Part shown: piece by piece, positions 21,901 to 31,622 of the stretch
How positions within the stretch are numbered: position 1 is the stretch's first letter
How the letters are laid out: each line of letters begins with the position of its first letter
Source of the DNA: a virus
Reading direction: 5' to 3' (one strand)
Length of the DNA: 64,000 bases
IMG/VR virus record: IMGVR_UViG_3300005805_000058
Location: 26,269 to 90,268 of that record
Notes under the pieces: model-generated
Database searches by the model: none
What the model saw: the letters and a program-made list of their open reading frames with translations, nothing else
Told to the model about the DNA's origin: nothing
Made by a program: the position numbers and the translations under genes

Positions 21901-24900
21901 ACTGGTACACAAAACGTATCTGTAGGTTCTGAAACATTAAGAGACAACACAATTGGTAGTTATAACGTAGCTTTTGGTATAGGTGCACTAAGATATAACA
22001 TTTCAGGGTGTAGGAATACAGCTCTAGGTCATTTAGCTTTACAAAATAACACTGTATCAAATAACACAGCAGTTGGTACTTGTGCTTTAAGAGCGAATAC
22101 AACAGGTGTTAACAACACAGCAGTTGGTCATCAGTCCTTAGCAGTAAACACAACAGGTACAACCAACTCAGCCTTTGGTACTAATGCTTTATTGTATAAC
22201 ACAACGGGTACAGCAAACGCAGCTTTTGGTTCTTCAGCATTATGTAAAAATACTATAGGTGGATGTAATACAGCAGTGGGTGTTGGTAGTTTAGGTAACA
22301 ATAGTACAGGTATTGTTAATACTGCTGTTGGTGCTAATGCGCTTCTTAATAACACAATAGGTATAGAAAATACTGCATTAGGCTTTGATGCATTGAGAGC
22401 TAATACCACTGCAAATGATAATACTGCAGTGGGCGTATGTGCATTAAGAGCAACAACAACAGGAGGTCTTAACACTGCTTTGGGTGCTAATGCACTCCTA
22501 GTTAACACAACAGGTTGTCAAAATGTAGCAGTGGGTGTTAACGCACTTGGAAACAATATAACTGGCATTAATAGTACTGCCGTAGGTACAAGTGCTTTAC
22601 AATTTAACACAGTATCAAACAACACGGCACTTGGTTTCAGTGCATTATGCTCTAATACAACAGGTACTGGTAATACAGCAGTAGGTGCAGTGTCTTTACT
22701 TTCAAACACAACAGGATATAACAACACTGCAATAGGCTGGTGTTCACTAAGATTAAATACTATTGGAAGTAGTAATACAGCTCTTGGTGTTGGTACACTG
22801 AGAACTAATACAACAGGTAATTGTAATTTAGCAGTTGGAAACTATAGTATGCAAGCTAATACTACAGGCTTTAGAAACGTGGCTTTAGGTCTATTTAGCT
22901 TGTTCTGTAACAGAACTGGTGCTGCAAACGTAGCAGTAGGATTGTGTTCTCAGTTTAGTGGTTATTCTAGTGTAGACAACGTAGCACTAGGTAATTACAC
23001 TTTACAAAGTAACGTAACAGGTATAAGGAATACAGCAGTAGGTAATGCAGCACTCTTTGGTAACTTAGCAAGCAATAACACTGCTGTTGGTTACAATGCA
23101 ATGAGATGTAACACTACAGGAGGTTTTAATACAGCTTTAGGACTCTGCACACTCAGAGCTAATACAATAGGTATATCTAACGTAGCAATAGGACACGCAG
23201 CTTTAAGAGACGGTACTGTAGTATCTAATAACATTGCTATAGGACAATACTCTCAAGTATTTAGTACAGCATGTAATAATACATCTGTTGGTCATAGAAC
23301 ATTGTATGCAAATACAACAGGATGTTATAATGTAGCAGTAGGTAGGTGTTCATTAGCTAGCAATACTATAGGCGTTCTTAATACTTCAGTAGGAGCAAAT
23401 TCACTTCAATTTAATACTACTGGAGCTAGTAATACTGCAGTAGGTACCTCTACACTTACTTTTAATACTACAGGTACACTTAATACAGCCGTAGGTAGGA
23501 GTGCTTTACAACAAAATACGATAGGGTTTGGAAACACAGCGGTAGGTACTTATTCATTATTTAATAACACCACTGGTAACTGTAATACAGCTGTAGGTTT
23601 ACAAGCTCTATGTGTTAACACTACAGGTCAACAAAATACAGCTGTTGGACAAGGAGCTCTTAGGTTAAACACAATAGGAGATAGTAACGTAGCTGTAGGT
23701 ACTGTTGCTTTATTTAATAATACAACAGGACAGAGCAATACAGCCGTAGGTGCTTTAACACTCTGTTTAAACACAATAGGTAGAAGTAACGTTGCAGTGG
23801 GTACATTAGCACTTCGTGCTAATACAGCATCTTATAACACTGCTGTAGGATATTCAGCTTTAAGATCTAATACAACAGGAAACGTAAATACGGCAGTTGG
23901 ACTTTGTGCATTAGTAGCTAATACAATAGGTATAAGAAACACAGCAGTCGGTTCATTAGCTTTAAATGCAAATACTACAGGTAATTTTAACACTGCAACA
24001 GGATATAAAGCATTAAATGCTAATACAACAGGGTATGGAAACATTGCCATAGGCTCAGGTGCAATGAGAGATGGAAATGGTGGAAATCAGAATGTTGCTA
24101 TTGGTAGATATTCAATGCTTAGTAACACAGGATATAATAACACGGCTGTTGGTACAAGAACTTTGTATTTGAATACAACAGGTAATAGAAACACGGCTGT
24201 AGGTTTCTGTGCGTTAAGAAGTAACACGACAGGAATAAGAAACGTAGCTATTGGCTATAATGCTCTAGGTACAAATACAGCAGGAACATGTAACACTGCT
24301 ATTGGCGAAAGCACTTTAATAGCAAATACCACTGGTATTAGAAACATTGCTATTGGTACTAGAGCAGGTGCAGGTGTAACTGTAAATAGTACTATTGCAA
24401 TAGGTGAAGCTTCGATGGGTTCAGCTGCAGGTGCAATAAATACTATCGGTATAGGTACGGATACTTTGAGATATAACACTGGAGCAGGTAATGTTGCAAT
24501 TGGTCATTTAGCTCTTGCACCTAATACTACTGGAAATAGTAATACTGCTATTGGTACTTGCGCATTAAGGTGTAACACAATAGGTACAGAAAATACATCA
24601 CTAGGTTTCTGTACATTATTCTCCAACACAACAGGCAATTGTAACACTGCAATTGGTAGTTTAACTTTAAGATGTAACACAACAGGAGCTAACAACACAG
24701 CTGTTGGTAGAGCTGCACTAGCCGCAAATATAACAGGTATTGGAAACACTGCTATTGGATACAAATCATCACAAAGTAATACAGCTGGATTATATAACAC
24801 ATCAGTAGGTAACTACTCATTAGCTAATAACTTAGCGTCATATAACACAGCAGTTGGTAATAGGGCTCTAAGAACCAATACAACAGGTTCAGTTAACGTT

Positions 24901-27900
24901 GCTGTTGGCTTTTGTGCTATGGCAGCTAACACAATAGGTACTAGAAACGTTTCTGTAGGTGCAGGTGCACTTCAAACTAATACAACAGGTAATGATAACG
25001 TTGCTGTAGGTAATTATGCTTTGTTAATTAATTCAGTAGGTGGTCAGAACGTAGCAGTGGGTAGAGGTGCTTTGAGATATAATACAGTTTCTACTAACAC
25101 AGCAGTGGGTAGTAGAGCTTTATATTGTAATACAACAGGTAATGGTGTTGCTATTGGATATAAAGCTTTGTTTAATAATACAATTGGTACTTCAAATACA
25201 GCAGTCGGTTTTTGTGCATTAACAGCTAACACTACAGGTCGTCAAAATGCAGCAGTAGGATTTAATGTACTATTGGCTAATACAACAGGTGTCTACAATA
25301 CAGGATTAGGAAATTGTGCTTTAGTATGTAACACAATTGGTGGTAGTAACACTGGTGTAGGCTTTAGAGCTTTGTTTAACAACTTAACAGGTTGTTACAA
25401 CATGGGCTTTGGTGAAGATGCTTTAAATGCCAACACAGCAGGATCTAACAACGTAGCTATTGGTAAATCCGCTTTAGGAACTAATACAGTATCAAACTTA
25501 ACAGCAGTTGGATCTAGTGCTTTAAGAGCAAACACTACAGGTACAAACAATACAGCCGTAGGTTTTGAAGCTTTGAGATATAACACAACAGGTAATCAAA
25601 ACACTGCTCTAGGCAATCTAGCTCTAAGACAGAACACTACAGGTTCTTACAACATATCTATAGGTACTTGTTCAATGAGGAACAACACTGTTGGTCAATC
25701 AAACGTAGCTATAGGTAGACTTGCTTTGTATGGAAATACAATTGGTAATGGTAACATAGCTATTGGTTGTAGAGCTCTAACATCAAACACAACAGCAGAA
25801 AACAATACAGCTGTTGGTGCAAACGCATTAAGAACTAATACCACAGGTGTATTTAACATAGCTATTGGTTCATCTGCATTATGTCTCAATGATGTAGGTG
25901 GTCGTAATGTTGCTGTTGGATATGGTTCATTACAAGTTAATACAGCAACTGGTAATACTGCTCTTGGTTTTAGAAGTTTAGTTGGTAATACTACAGGTAC
26001 TGGTAACACAGCAGTAGGATACTGTTCATTAGGAGCAAATACAATAGGTACTAATAACACAGCAGTTGGCGTTAGAGCTCTTCTTGCAAATACGACAGGA
26101 GAGCATAACACAGCAATTGGTCAGTGTGCTTTATTGTCAAATACAATTGGAAACAGTAATGTAGCAGTAGGTCATAGAGCATTAATGTGTAATACTACAG
26201 GCGCGAGTAACGTAGCAGTAGGTAGGTATAGCTCATACTCAAATACAGTAGGTACAAATAATACTTCATTAGGTCATTTTAGTCTATTATGTAACACAGC
26301 ATCAAACAACACAGCAATAGGTTTCTGTACTTTAAGGACTAATACCACTGGTACATATAATGTGGCAATAGGACACCGTTCTTTAGGCTTAAACACTACA
26401 GGAACTAGTAATAACTCTCTTGGTGCATTTTCTTTATTTAGAAATACTACAGGTGTAGGTAATGTAGCAATAGGTACTAGTGCATTAGAATTTAATACAG
26501 TTGGAGTTTGTAATATTGCTATTGGAAATGCTGCTCTATATTCAAATGATTCAGGAAATAACAACACTGCTATTGGAATATTTGCACTACGAGCTAACAC
26601 AGCATCTAACAATACAGCAGTAGGCTTTTGTGCGTTGAGATTTAATACTACTGGTACATACAACGTAGCAGTTGGTAGAAATGCTTTACGAGATAATACG
26701 ACAGGTGTTCGAAATACTGCATTAGGAAGTAGTGCGTTAGCTCCTAACACAACAGCGTCTGATAACGTTGCGTTAGGATTTCAAACGTTAGTAAGTTCAG
26801 TAACTGGAGGATGTAATGTAGCAGTAGGATCAAATTCTCTTGTATATAATACAGGAGGTTCAAATAATACAGCTGTAGGTCATCAATCACTATTCTGCAA
26901 CACAGCATCAAATAACACAGCAGTCGGTTTTTGTGCATTAAGAAGTAATACAACAGGATGTAGAAACACAGCTGTAGGATACCGTACGTTAACAACAAAT
27001 ACAATAGGCTATAGAAACGTTGGTGTAGGTGATAGAGCACTTTTTGCAAATACAACAGGTAATGACAACAATGCAGTAGGTGTTTATGCTCTATTCTGTA
27101 ATACAACAGGTATAAGAAACGTAGCAATAGGAACTGGAGCCATGTTTAACAACATAGGCGGTAGTTTTAATATGGCAATGGGCTTTAACTCGCTATGTAC
27201 AAACACAGCAGGTAGTAATAATATAGGAATAGGTTTCTATGCTTTAGGTTCTAACACAGCATCTAACAACGTAGCTGTAGGATTTTGTGCATTAAGAAAC
27301 AATACAACTGGTACAAGTAATGTAGCGGTAGGATTTAGAGCATTAATAAATAATACAACAGGTCTTGTAAACACTGCTTTAGGTAATAATGCAGCCCAAG
27401 GAAATACTACAGGTTACAACAACACTGCTTTAGGTAGTGAAGCTTTAAAATACAATTCAGTAGGTCTTAGTAACACCGCTGTAGGTTCTTCTGCTTTGTT
27501 AAATAATACCGCTTCTAATAATACAGCTATTGGTGCTAGTGCATTAGCATGTAACACTACAGGTACTTGTAATACAGCTGTTGGTATAGCAGCATTAAGA
27601 AGTAATACCACTGGTATTGTAAATTCAGCTTTTGGTTCTCAAGCTCTATATAGTAATACAACAGGATATTCAAACTCAGCATTTGGACAAGGTGCTTTAA
27701 GATGTAACGCTACAGGTGTCAACAACACAGCTGTAGGTAGAGAAGCAATGCAGTGTAATGTAAACGGTAGGTGTAATGTAGCTGTAGGTAATCTTGCGCT
27801 AAGTTGTAATATTACAGGATGTAACAATACAGCTATAGGAGTTTATTCTTTATTCTTAAATACAGCATCTAATAACACGGCAGTTGGTTTCTGTTCATTG

Positions 27901-30900
27901 AGAAATAATACTACTGGAACATTTAATACCGCTGTAGGACATTTAGCATTACGCTCTAATACAACAGGTGCTTGTAATACAGGTGTTGGATATTTAACTT
28001 TATTATATAATACTGGAAATAACAATACAGGACTAGGAACTTCAGTATTAAGATATAATACAACAGGGATAAACAATACAGCAGTAGGTACAGCTGCGTT
28101 ATTTTCTAATACCTTTGGAGAAAGAAACACTGCAGTAGGGTATGCTACTTTAGCTTGCAATACAACAGGTATTTCTAATGTAGCTGTAGGTTCTAGTGCT
28201 CTTCGTTTAAATACAATAGGAATTGATAACGTAGCTGTGGGTAGTGGTGCTCTCAACTGTAACACTACTGGTAATTGTAATATAGCAGTTGGAGGTGGTG
28301 CTTTATACTTTAACACTACAGGTACTAATAACATTGGTGTAGGTAGAGCTGCTCTTTCAAGAAACACGTACGGTAACTTCAATACAGCGTTAGGTTATCT
28401 TGCAATGTTCTGTAACACAACTGGTGTTAATAACGTAGCTATTGGACGTGCTGCTATGAGAGTAAACCTCAATGGTTGTAATAACGTTGCGTTAGGTAAC
28501 GTAGCATTATGTAGTAACACCACTGGTAATTATAACGTTGCAATTGGTAGCTGTGCATTATTTTCTTCTAACTTTGGTTCAACATCTGCAAGCGCAAATG
28601 TTGCTGTTGGTTATAGATCATTAGCAACTAACACTACAGGTGGATGTAACACAGGTTTGGGTACAAGAACTCTTGAATCAAACAGCACAGGTACAAGTAA
28701 TACGGCTATTGGTATATGTTCTTTGAGACTCAACTCAATTGGTTTCAATAACACTAGTGTTGGTGCTAACTCAATGGTGTTTAATACGACAGGTGCTGGT
28801 AATACAGCAGTGGGTGTATCTGCTCTTAGGACTAATACAATAGGTGCAGGTAATACAGCAGTGGGAGTTACAGCATTGTTTGGTAATACAACTGGTGGTT
28901 GTAATGTAGCTATTGGTAACAATGCAATGAGACTAAACACTGTAGGTACTAGTAACGTTGCAGTGGGTTATCTTTCTCTTTATGCTAACACAGCCTCAAA
29001 TAATACAGCTATTGGTTTCTGTTCTTTAAGGAATAACACAACAGGTACAGATAACATAGCTGTAGGCTGTGGTGCTTTAGCAACAAACACAACAGGTGTA
29101 TCAAACACAGCTGTAGGTCTAAATGCATTAAGATATTCAACAGCCTCAAATAATACAGCAATTGGTCATAGATCTTTGTGGTCTAATACCACAGGTACCA
29201 ATAACACAGGTGTTGGTTTTTGTTCATTAGGAAGCAACACAATAGGAGTTAATAACACATCAGTAGGACAAAGTGCTCTAAGAAGTAACACAACAGGAAA
29301 CTTTAACACAGCTATTGGTGATCAAGCATTATGTAAAAATACTACTGCTTCAAACAATACAGCTTTAGGAGCAGCAGCATTATATACTAATACAACTGGA
29401 TGCAAAAATACAGGACTTGGTAGAGCTGCATTAGAACAAAATATTGTAGGTAATTATAACACAGCAGTAGGTCATTATTCTTTGCAACTCAATATAGCAT
29501 CAAACAACACAGCAGTTGGTTTTTGTGCTTTAAGAAATAACACTACAGGTACACTTAACGTTGCAATAGGAGTTAATTCTTTATGTGCTAATACTACAGG
29601 TTATCAAATAACTGCTGTAGGTGTTAATGCTTTAAAAAACAATACAGTATCATATTCAACTGCTTTTGGTTGGGGTGCTTTAGCAGCTAATTCGATAGGT
29701 ACAAACAATACAGGTATTGGTAGAGCAGCTTTATATGCTAACACTTCAGGTGCTTGTAACACAGCAGTTGGTAATAATACATTACTTTGCAATACAATTG
29801 GAGTAAATAATACAGCATTAGGTACATTTGCTCTTTGTACTAACACAGTATCTAATAACACAGCTATAGGTTTTAGTTCATTAAGACTTAACACTACAGG
29901 TACCAATAATACAGCAATTGGTAGTCAGGCAGGAGGTGGTAATACTACAGGTAACAGTAACGTATCTCTAGGTTACAAAGCACTCACTTCAAATCAAGTG
30001 GGTAACAATAACGTAGCTATAGGTGCTTGTTCTCTAGCATTAAATACTGCTACAAATAACACTGCTATAGGCTACTTTAGTTTAAGAGCTAATACAACAG
30101 GTACAAATAACACTGCTTTAGGTATAAATGCATTATGTGCTAATACAAGTGCTACTGATAACACAGGTATTGGATTTGGAGCATTAAGAAATGCTACTAC
30201 AGGTTGTCGTAATGTGGCAGTAGGTGCTTATTCTCTTGGAACAAATGTAACAGGTATCTATAATGTTGCTGTAGGTAGAGCAGCTTTGTTTAATAGTACC
30301 GTAAGTGGGTTAGTGGCAGTGGGTGGTAATGCACTTAGATCTAATACCACAGGAGTTGCAAATACTGCTATAGGTAGTGATGCTTTGTATTCAAATGTGG
30401 TAGGAGTAAATAATACAGCATTAGGATATAATTCATTAAGATCAAATACAGCATCTAATAATACGGCTATTGGATTCTGTTCTCTCAGAGCTAATACAAC
30501 AGCAATAGCTAATACGGCTGTAGGTGCTTGTGCTCTACTTAGCACCACTACAGGATCTAATAACGTAGCGTTAGGTACAAGTGCTCTTAGACTGAACACC
30601 ACTGGTGAACGTAACATTGCAATTGGTGTAAATGCACATTGTACAAGTACAATAAACTACAACAACGTAGCTATTGGTCATGCTTCTCTAAGATCTAATT
30701 ACGGTACATACGCAAATAATAACACAGCTGTAGGTGCTTACACGTTGTATGCAAACACTACAAATTCATCAAACTCAGCGTTTGGTGCTAGTGTTTTGAA
30801 ATGTAACACAGCTTTTGGTAACTCAGGCTTTGGTAGTGCAACGCTTCTTGCTAACACAACAGGTACATGTAACTCAGGATTTGGTCTAGCAGCTCTTAGA

Positions 30901-31599
30901 TTTAACACCACTGGTGGAGATAACACGGCTATGGGTGCGTGTGCTTTGTATTGTAACACAACAGGGGGCCTTAATACAGCACTAGGTGGTTGGGCATTAA
31001 GATGTAATACTACAGGGGGACAAAATACAGCTGTAGGATTTAGTGCTCTTTTAACAAATGTTACAGGAATAAACAACGTAGCTGTTGGTTTTAATGCACA
31101 ATGTAGTGTAAACGCAAGTCTTGTAAATACAATAGCTGTTGGTTGTGGTGCAAACACTAGTGCTAATAACAATCACACTGTTTGGGGTAACTCAGGACAC
31201 ACATGTCATTGTATTTGGGGAACTTGGACAGACCAATCTGACTGCAGGGATAAAACAAACATCAAGACTCTTCCTGATTCACTTGGTTTACAGTTTGTTA
31301 AGAAACTCAGACCAGTTGTATTTAACTGGGATTTCAGAGATAGATATGTTAGAGAGTGTGGATTTGAATATGGTAAGAAAGACGGAACACTTGTAGGTGA
31401 TAAAGAACAATACGGACTTATTGCTCAAGAAGTTAAGTCAGTTATTGAGGAATTAGATGTTAAGTTTGATGCTCTTGGATACACTGAAGAACATGATGCT
31501 TACAGATTAGCTTACGATCACTTCATTCCATCTTTGATTAAAGCTGTACAAGAGTTAGAAAAAAGAGTGAGTGATCTAGAAGAAAAGTTGGATAGTTAA
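15967..31599 (+). CDS. Giant tail fibre / adhesin (5210 aa) with C-terminal Peptidase_S74 intramolecular chaperone
   Basis: In order: Cys-rich N-anchor, VTVNGKGLVT-type fibre repeats, G-T-S triplet stalk, ~14-aa NTAVG repeats, then SDCRDKTNI...KLRPV.FNW...YGLIAQEV...LIKAVQEL (31237-31599). Confidence 0.9.
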   Translation: MEVTCGATPCPVILNSTCVFYEGANLVYTGINTNDNLQTALQKIDAKFQDAGIGYIFQNGIIQTAPGQPVKLGGSLVENTIINSAGYTFELTGTIESAAFITSGGTSSDFVKGDGSLDSTSYQPAGNYITGLTGDGTASGPGNVPFTLATVNANPGTYGSSTLIPVVTVNGKGLVTNVTTTAISVPSGTIILQGDVSGVGTTGVPLTTTLATVNANVYGVNTPLKFAVNAKGLVTSAAPLTAADIITILGYTPVPSTRTITINGVTYDLSANRTWSVGTVTSVQLSLPSAFSVTTPPITSSGTINVVATGTSAQYIRGDGTIGNFSVGTSGTSGTSGTSATSGTSGTTGTSGSSGTSGTSATSGTSGLSGDRFATTSSDTFTLGNAGTLTVDPALSYTVGQSIVVAFDATNYQECVVISYNSITGALQFGAPSLTVGSGTYSAWVVNLDGATGGDGSSGTSGTTGTSGTSGTSGTSATSGTSGTSGTTGTSGSSGTSATDGTSGTSGTTGTSGTTGTSGTTGTSGTSGSSGSSGSSGSSGTSATDGTGGTSGTSGTTGSSGTSGTTGTSGTSGSSGTDGTSGTSGTSATSGTSGTTGTSGTSGSTGTSGTSGTSGSSGTSATDGTGGTSGTSGTSGSSGTTGTSGTSGSSGTSATDGTSGTSGSTGTSGTSGTSGTSGTTGTSGTSGLSGDRYATTSSTTYTLQNPGNTGTITVDPYLAYTVGQSIIIAYDATNYQEAEVTSYNSGTGSLSFTTVTKVGSGTYSSWQVNLDGATGGNGTDGTSGTSGTSATSGTSGTSGSSGTSGTTGTSGSSGTSATSGTSATSGTSGTTGTSGTTGTSGTSGTTGTSGTTGTSGSSGTSATSGTSGTSATDGTGGTSGTSGTTGTSGSSGTSATSGSSGTSATSGTSGTSGTNGSAGTSGTSGTTGTSGTSGTSGTAGSPGTSGTSGTSGTTGTSGTSGTNGSAGTSGTSGTSGSSGTSGTNGTGGTSGTTGTSGTSGTTGTSGTSGTSGTNGTGGTSGTTGTSGSSGTSGSSGTSGTTGTSGTSATSGTSGTTGTSGTSGANGTNGTSGTSATSGTSGSSATSGTSGTTGTSGTSGTSATSGTSGTSGTTGTSGSSGSSGTSATSGTSGTTGTSGSSGTSGTTGTSGSSGLSGDRFATTSSSTYTLQAAGNTGTITVGTGLAYTVGQSIIIVYDINNYQEAEVTSYNPGTGSLSFNTITQVGSGTYSSWTVNLDGATGGDGSSGTSGTTGTSGTSGTSGTTGTSGSSGTSGTTGTSGSSGSSGTSATSGTSATSGTSGTNGTGGTSGTSGTAGTSGTSGTTGTSGTSGSSGVNGTNGTSGTSGSSGTTGTSGTTGTSGSSGTAGTSGTSGTTGTSGTSGTNGSAGTSGTSGTTGTSGTSGTSGTNGTGGTSGTSGTSGTTGTSGSSGTSGTSGTTGTSGTSGSSGSSGSSGTSVAVAGTQEYIVKFTSATTIGDSLTCQKANGDLCVNLTGGVGVDVGKGGGSVATNTAIGNSALVNNTTGTSNLAVGYKALCSNTIGGANTAIGVSSLTSNTTGASNTSVGVSSMTGNTTGTQNSAFGANALRCNITGILNVAVGFNALFANTGGIRNVAVGNSALGNNTIGTNNTAVGDYALLANTTSNNTAVGNNALRCNTIGTRNVAVGVNALLSNTTGNNNTAIGYQTMCANTYGFNNTSIGHGALRNNTTGTQNTAVGLHALQCSTTANCNTALGFYALRVNTTGSQNTAVGWCALVSNLGGTHNVAVGINALRSNTYGLRNVAVGEGALTSNLGSYNVGVGRAALSANTTGSGNVAVGRNAAASNTIGFGNVAVGDQSLANATTACYNTAVGSTALQATTTGANNTAVGFCSLRNNTTGAGNAAVGRSSLQSNTIGFSNAALGSYSLYKNTTGQSNTAVGASSLENNTTGIRNVAVGSLALQQNIIGSSNTALGFSALQCNTTSNNTAVGFCTLRSNTTGTQNVSVGSETLRDNTIGSYNVAFGIGALRYNISGCRNTALGHLALQNNTVSNNTAVGTCALRANTTGVNNTAVGHQSLAVNTTGTTNSAFGTNALLYNTTGTANAAFGSSALCKNTIGGCNTAVGVGSLGNNSTGIVNTAVGANALLNNTIGIENTALGFDALRANTTANDNTAVGVCALRATTTGGLNTALGANALLVNTTGCQNVAVGVNALGNNITGINSTAVGTSALQFNTVSNNTALGFSALCSNTTGTGNTAVGAVSLLSNTTGYNNTAIGWCSLRLNTIGSSNTALGVGTLRTNTTGNCNLAVGNYSMQANTTGFRNVALGLFSLFCNRTGAANVAVGLCSQFSGYSSVDNVALGNYTLQSNVTGIRNTAVGNAALFGNLASNNTAVGYNAMRCNTTGGFNTALGLCTLRANTIGISNVAIGHAALRDGTVVSNNIAIGQYSQVFSTACNNTSVGHRTLYANTTGCYNVAVGRCSLASNTIGVLNTSVGANSLQFNTTGASNTAVGTSTLTFNTTGTLNTAVGRSALQQNTIGFGNTAVGTYSLFNNTTGNCNTAVGLQALCVNTTGQQNTAVGQGALRLNTIGDSNVAVGTVALFNNTTGQSNTAVGALTLCLNTIGRSNVAVGTLALRANTASYNTAVGYSALRSNTTGNVNTAVGLCALVANTIGIRNTAVGSLALNANTTGNFNTATGYKALNANTTGYGNIAIGSGAMRDGNGGNQNVAIGRYSMLSNTGYNNTAVGTRTLYLNTTGNRNTAVGFCALRSNTTGIRNVAIGYNALGTNTAGTCNTAIGESTLIANTTGIRNIAIGTRAGAGVTVNSTIAIGEASMGSAAGAINTIGIGTDTLRYNTGAGNVAIGHLALAPNTTGNSNTAIGTCALRCNTIGTENTSLGFCTLFSNTTGNCNTAIGSLTLRCNTTGANNTAVGRAALAANITGIGNTAIGYKSSQSNTAGLYNTSVGNYSLANNLASYNTAVGNRALRTNTTGSVNVAVGFCAMAANTIGTRNVSVGAGALQTNTTGNDNVAVGNYALLINSVGGQNVAVGRGALRYNTVSTNTAVGSRALYCNTTGNGVAIGYKALFNNTIGTSNTAVGFCALTANTTGRQNAAVGFNVLLANTTGVYNTGLGNCALVCNTIGGSNTGVGFRALFNNLTGCYNMGFGEDALNANTAGSNNVAIGKSALGTNTVSNLTAVGSSALRANTTGTNNTAVGFEALRYNTTGNQNTALGNLALRQNTTGSYNISIGTCSMRNNTVGQSNVAIGRLALYGNTIGNGNIAIGCRALTSNTTAENNTAVGANALRTNTTGVFNIAIGSSALCLNDVGGRNVAVGYGSLQVNTATGNTALGFRSLVGNTTGTGNTAVGYCSLGANTIGTNNTAVGVRALLANTTGEHNTAIGQCALLSNTIGNSNVAVGHRALMCNTTGASNVAVGRYSSYSNTVGTNNTSLGHFSLLCNTASNNTAIGFCTLRTNTTGTYNVAIGHRSLGLNTTGTSNNSLGAFSLFRNTTGVGNVAIGTSALEFNTVGVCNIAIGNAALYSNDSGNNNTAIGIFALRANTASNNTAVGFCALRFNTTGTYNVAVGRNALRDNTTGVRNTALGSSALAPNTTASDNVALGFQTLVSSVTGGCNVAVGSNSLVYNTGGSNNTAVGHQSLFCNTASNNTAVGFCALRSNTTGCRNTAVGYRTLTTNTIGYRNVGVGDRALFANTTGNDNNAVGVYALFCNTTGIRNVAIGTGAMFNNIGGSFNMAMGFNSLCTNTAGSNNIGIGFYALGSNTASNNVAVGFCALRNNTTGTSNVAVGFRALINNTTGLVNTALGNNAAQGNTTGYNNTALGSEALKYNSVGLSNTAVGSSALLNNTASNNTAIGASALACNTTGTCNTAVGIAALRSNTTGIVNSAFGSQALYSNTTGYSNSAFGQGALRCNATGVNNTAVGREAMQCNVNGRCNVAVGNLALSCNITGCNNTAIGVYSLFLNTASNNTAVGFCSLRNNTTGTFNTAVGHLALRSNTTGACNTGVGYLTLLYNTGNNNTGLGTSVLRYNTTGINNTAVGTAALFSNTFGERNTAVGYATLACNTTGISNVAVGSSALRLNTIGIDNVAVGSGALNCNTTGNCNIAVGGGALYFNTTGTNNIGVGRAALSRNTYGNFNTALGYLAMFCNTTGVNNVAIGRAAMRVNLNGCNNVALGNVALCSNTTGNYNVAIGSCALFSSNFGSTSASANVAVGYRSLATNTTGGCNTGLGTRTLESNSTGTSNTAIGICSLRLNSIGFNNTSVGANSMVFNTTGAGNTAVGVSALRTNTIGAGNTAVGVTALFGNTTGGCNVAIGNNAMRLNTVGTSNVAVGYLSLYANTASNNTAIGFCSLRNNTTGTDNIAVGCGALATNTTGVSNTAVGLNALRYSTASNNTAIGHRSLWSNTTGTNNTGVGFCSLGSNTIGVNNTSVGQSALRSNTTGNFNTAIGDQALCKNTTASNNTALGAAALYTNTTGCKNTGLGRAALEQNIVGNYNTAVGHYSLQLNIASNNTAVGFCALRNNTTGTLNVAIGVNSLCANTTGYQITAVGVNALKNNTVSYSTAFGWGALAANSIGTNNTGIGRAALYANTSGACNTAVGNNTLLCNTIGVNNTALGTFALCTNTVSNNTAIGFSSLRLNTTGTNNTAIGSQAGGGNTTGNSNVSLGYKALTSNQVGNNNVAIGACSLALNTATNNTAIGYFSLRANTTGTNNTALGINALCANTSATDNTGIGFGALRNATTGCRNVAVGAYSLGTNVTGIYNVAVGRAALFNSTVSGLVAVGGNALRSNTTGVANTAIGSDALYSNVVGVNNTALGYNSLRSNTASNNTAIGFCSLRANTTAIANTAVGACALLSTTTGSNNVALGTSALRLNTTGERNIAIGVNAHCTSTINYNNVAIGHASLRSNYGTYANNNTAVGAYTLYANTTNSSNSAFGASVLKCNTAFGNSGFGSATLLANTTGTCNSGFGLAALRFNTTGGDNTAMGACALYCNTTGGLNTALGGWALRCNTTGGQNTAVGFSALLTNVTGINNVAVGFNAQCSVNASLVNTIAVGCGANTSANNNHTVWGNSGHTCHCIWGTWTDQSDCRDKTNIKTLPDSLGLQFVKKLRPVVFNWDFRDRYVRECGFEYGKKDGTLVGDKEQYGLIAQEVKSVIEELDVKFDALGYTEEHDAYRLAYDHFIPSLIKAVQELEKRVSDLEEKLDS
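16948..20334 (+). repeat. Gly-Thr-Ser collagen-like triplet repeat region interrupted by three ~88-aa modules
   Basis: Long (G-T/S-S/T)n runs with scrambled synonymous codons. The modules lie at 17065-17328, 18025-18294 and 19423-19692. Confidence 0.95.
20494..31170 (+). repeat. ~14-aa NTA(V/I)GxxALxxNTTG repeats (YadA-head/Hep_Hag-like beta-roll), about 250 units
   Basis: Visible directly in the translation. The unit count is estimated as ~3560 aa divided by 14. Confidence 0.9.
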
Positions 31600-31610
31600 T
31601 TAAAAGTTGG

Positions 31611-31618
31611 TAGTTTTG
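31611..31618 (+). promoter_or_regulatory. -7 promoter element TAGTTTTG
   Basis: Matches TAnnTTTG and lies 4 nt before the ATG at 31623 that starts the modification cluster. Confidence 0.5.
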
Positions 31619-31622
31619 CAGA

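Noticed and set aside
20409-31172. Many antisense ORFs (PTAVL/PIAVL) and a CRISPR-like periodicity of about 42 nt
   Set aside because: This is a coding repeat of the fibre. The units vary at synonymous positions and there is no constant repeat with unique spacers.
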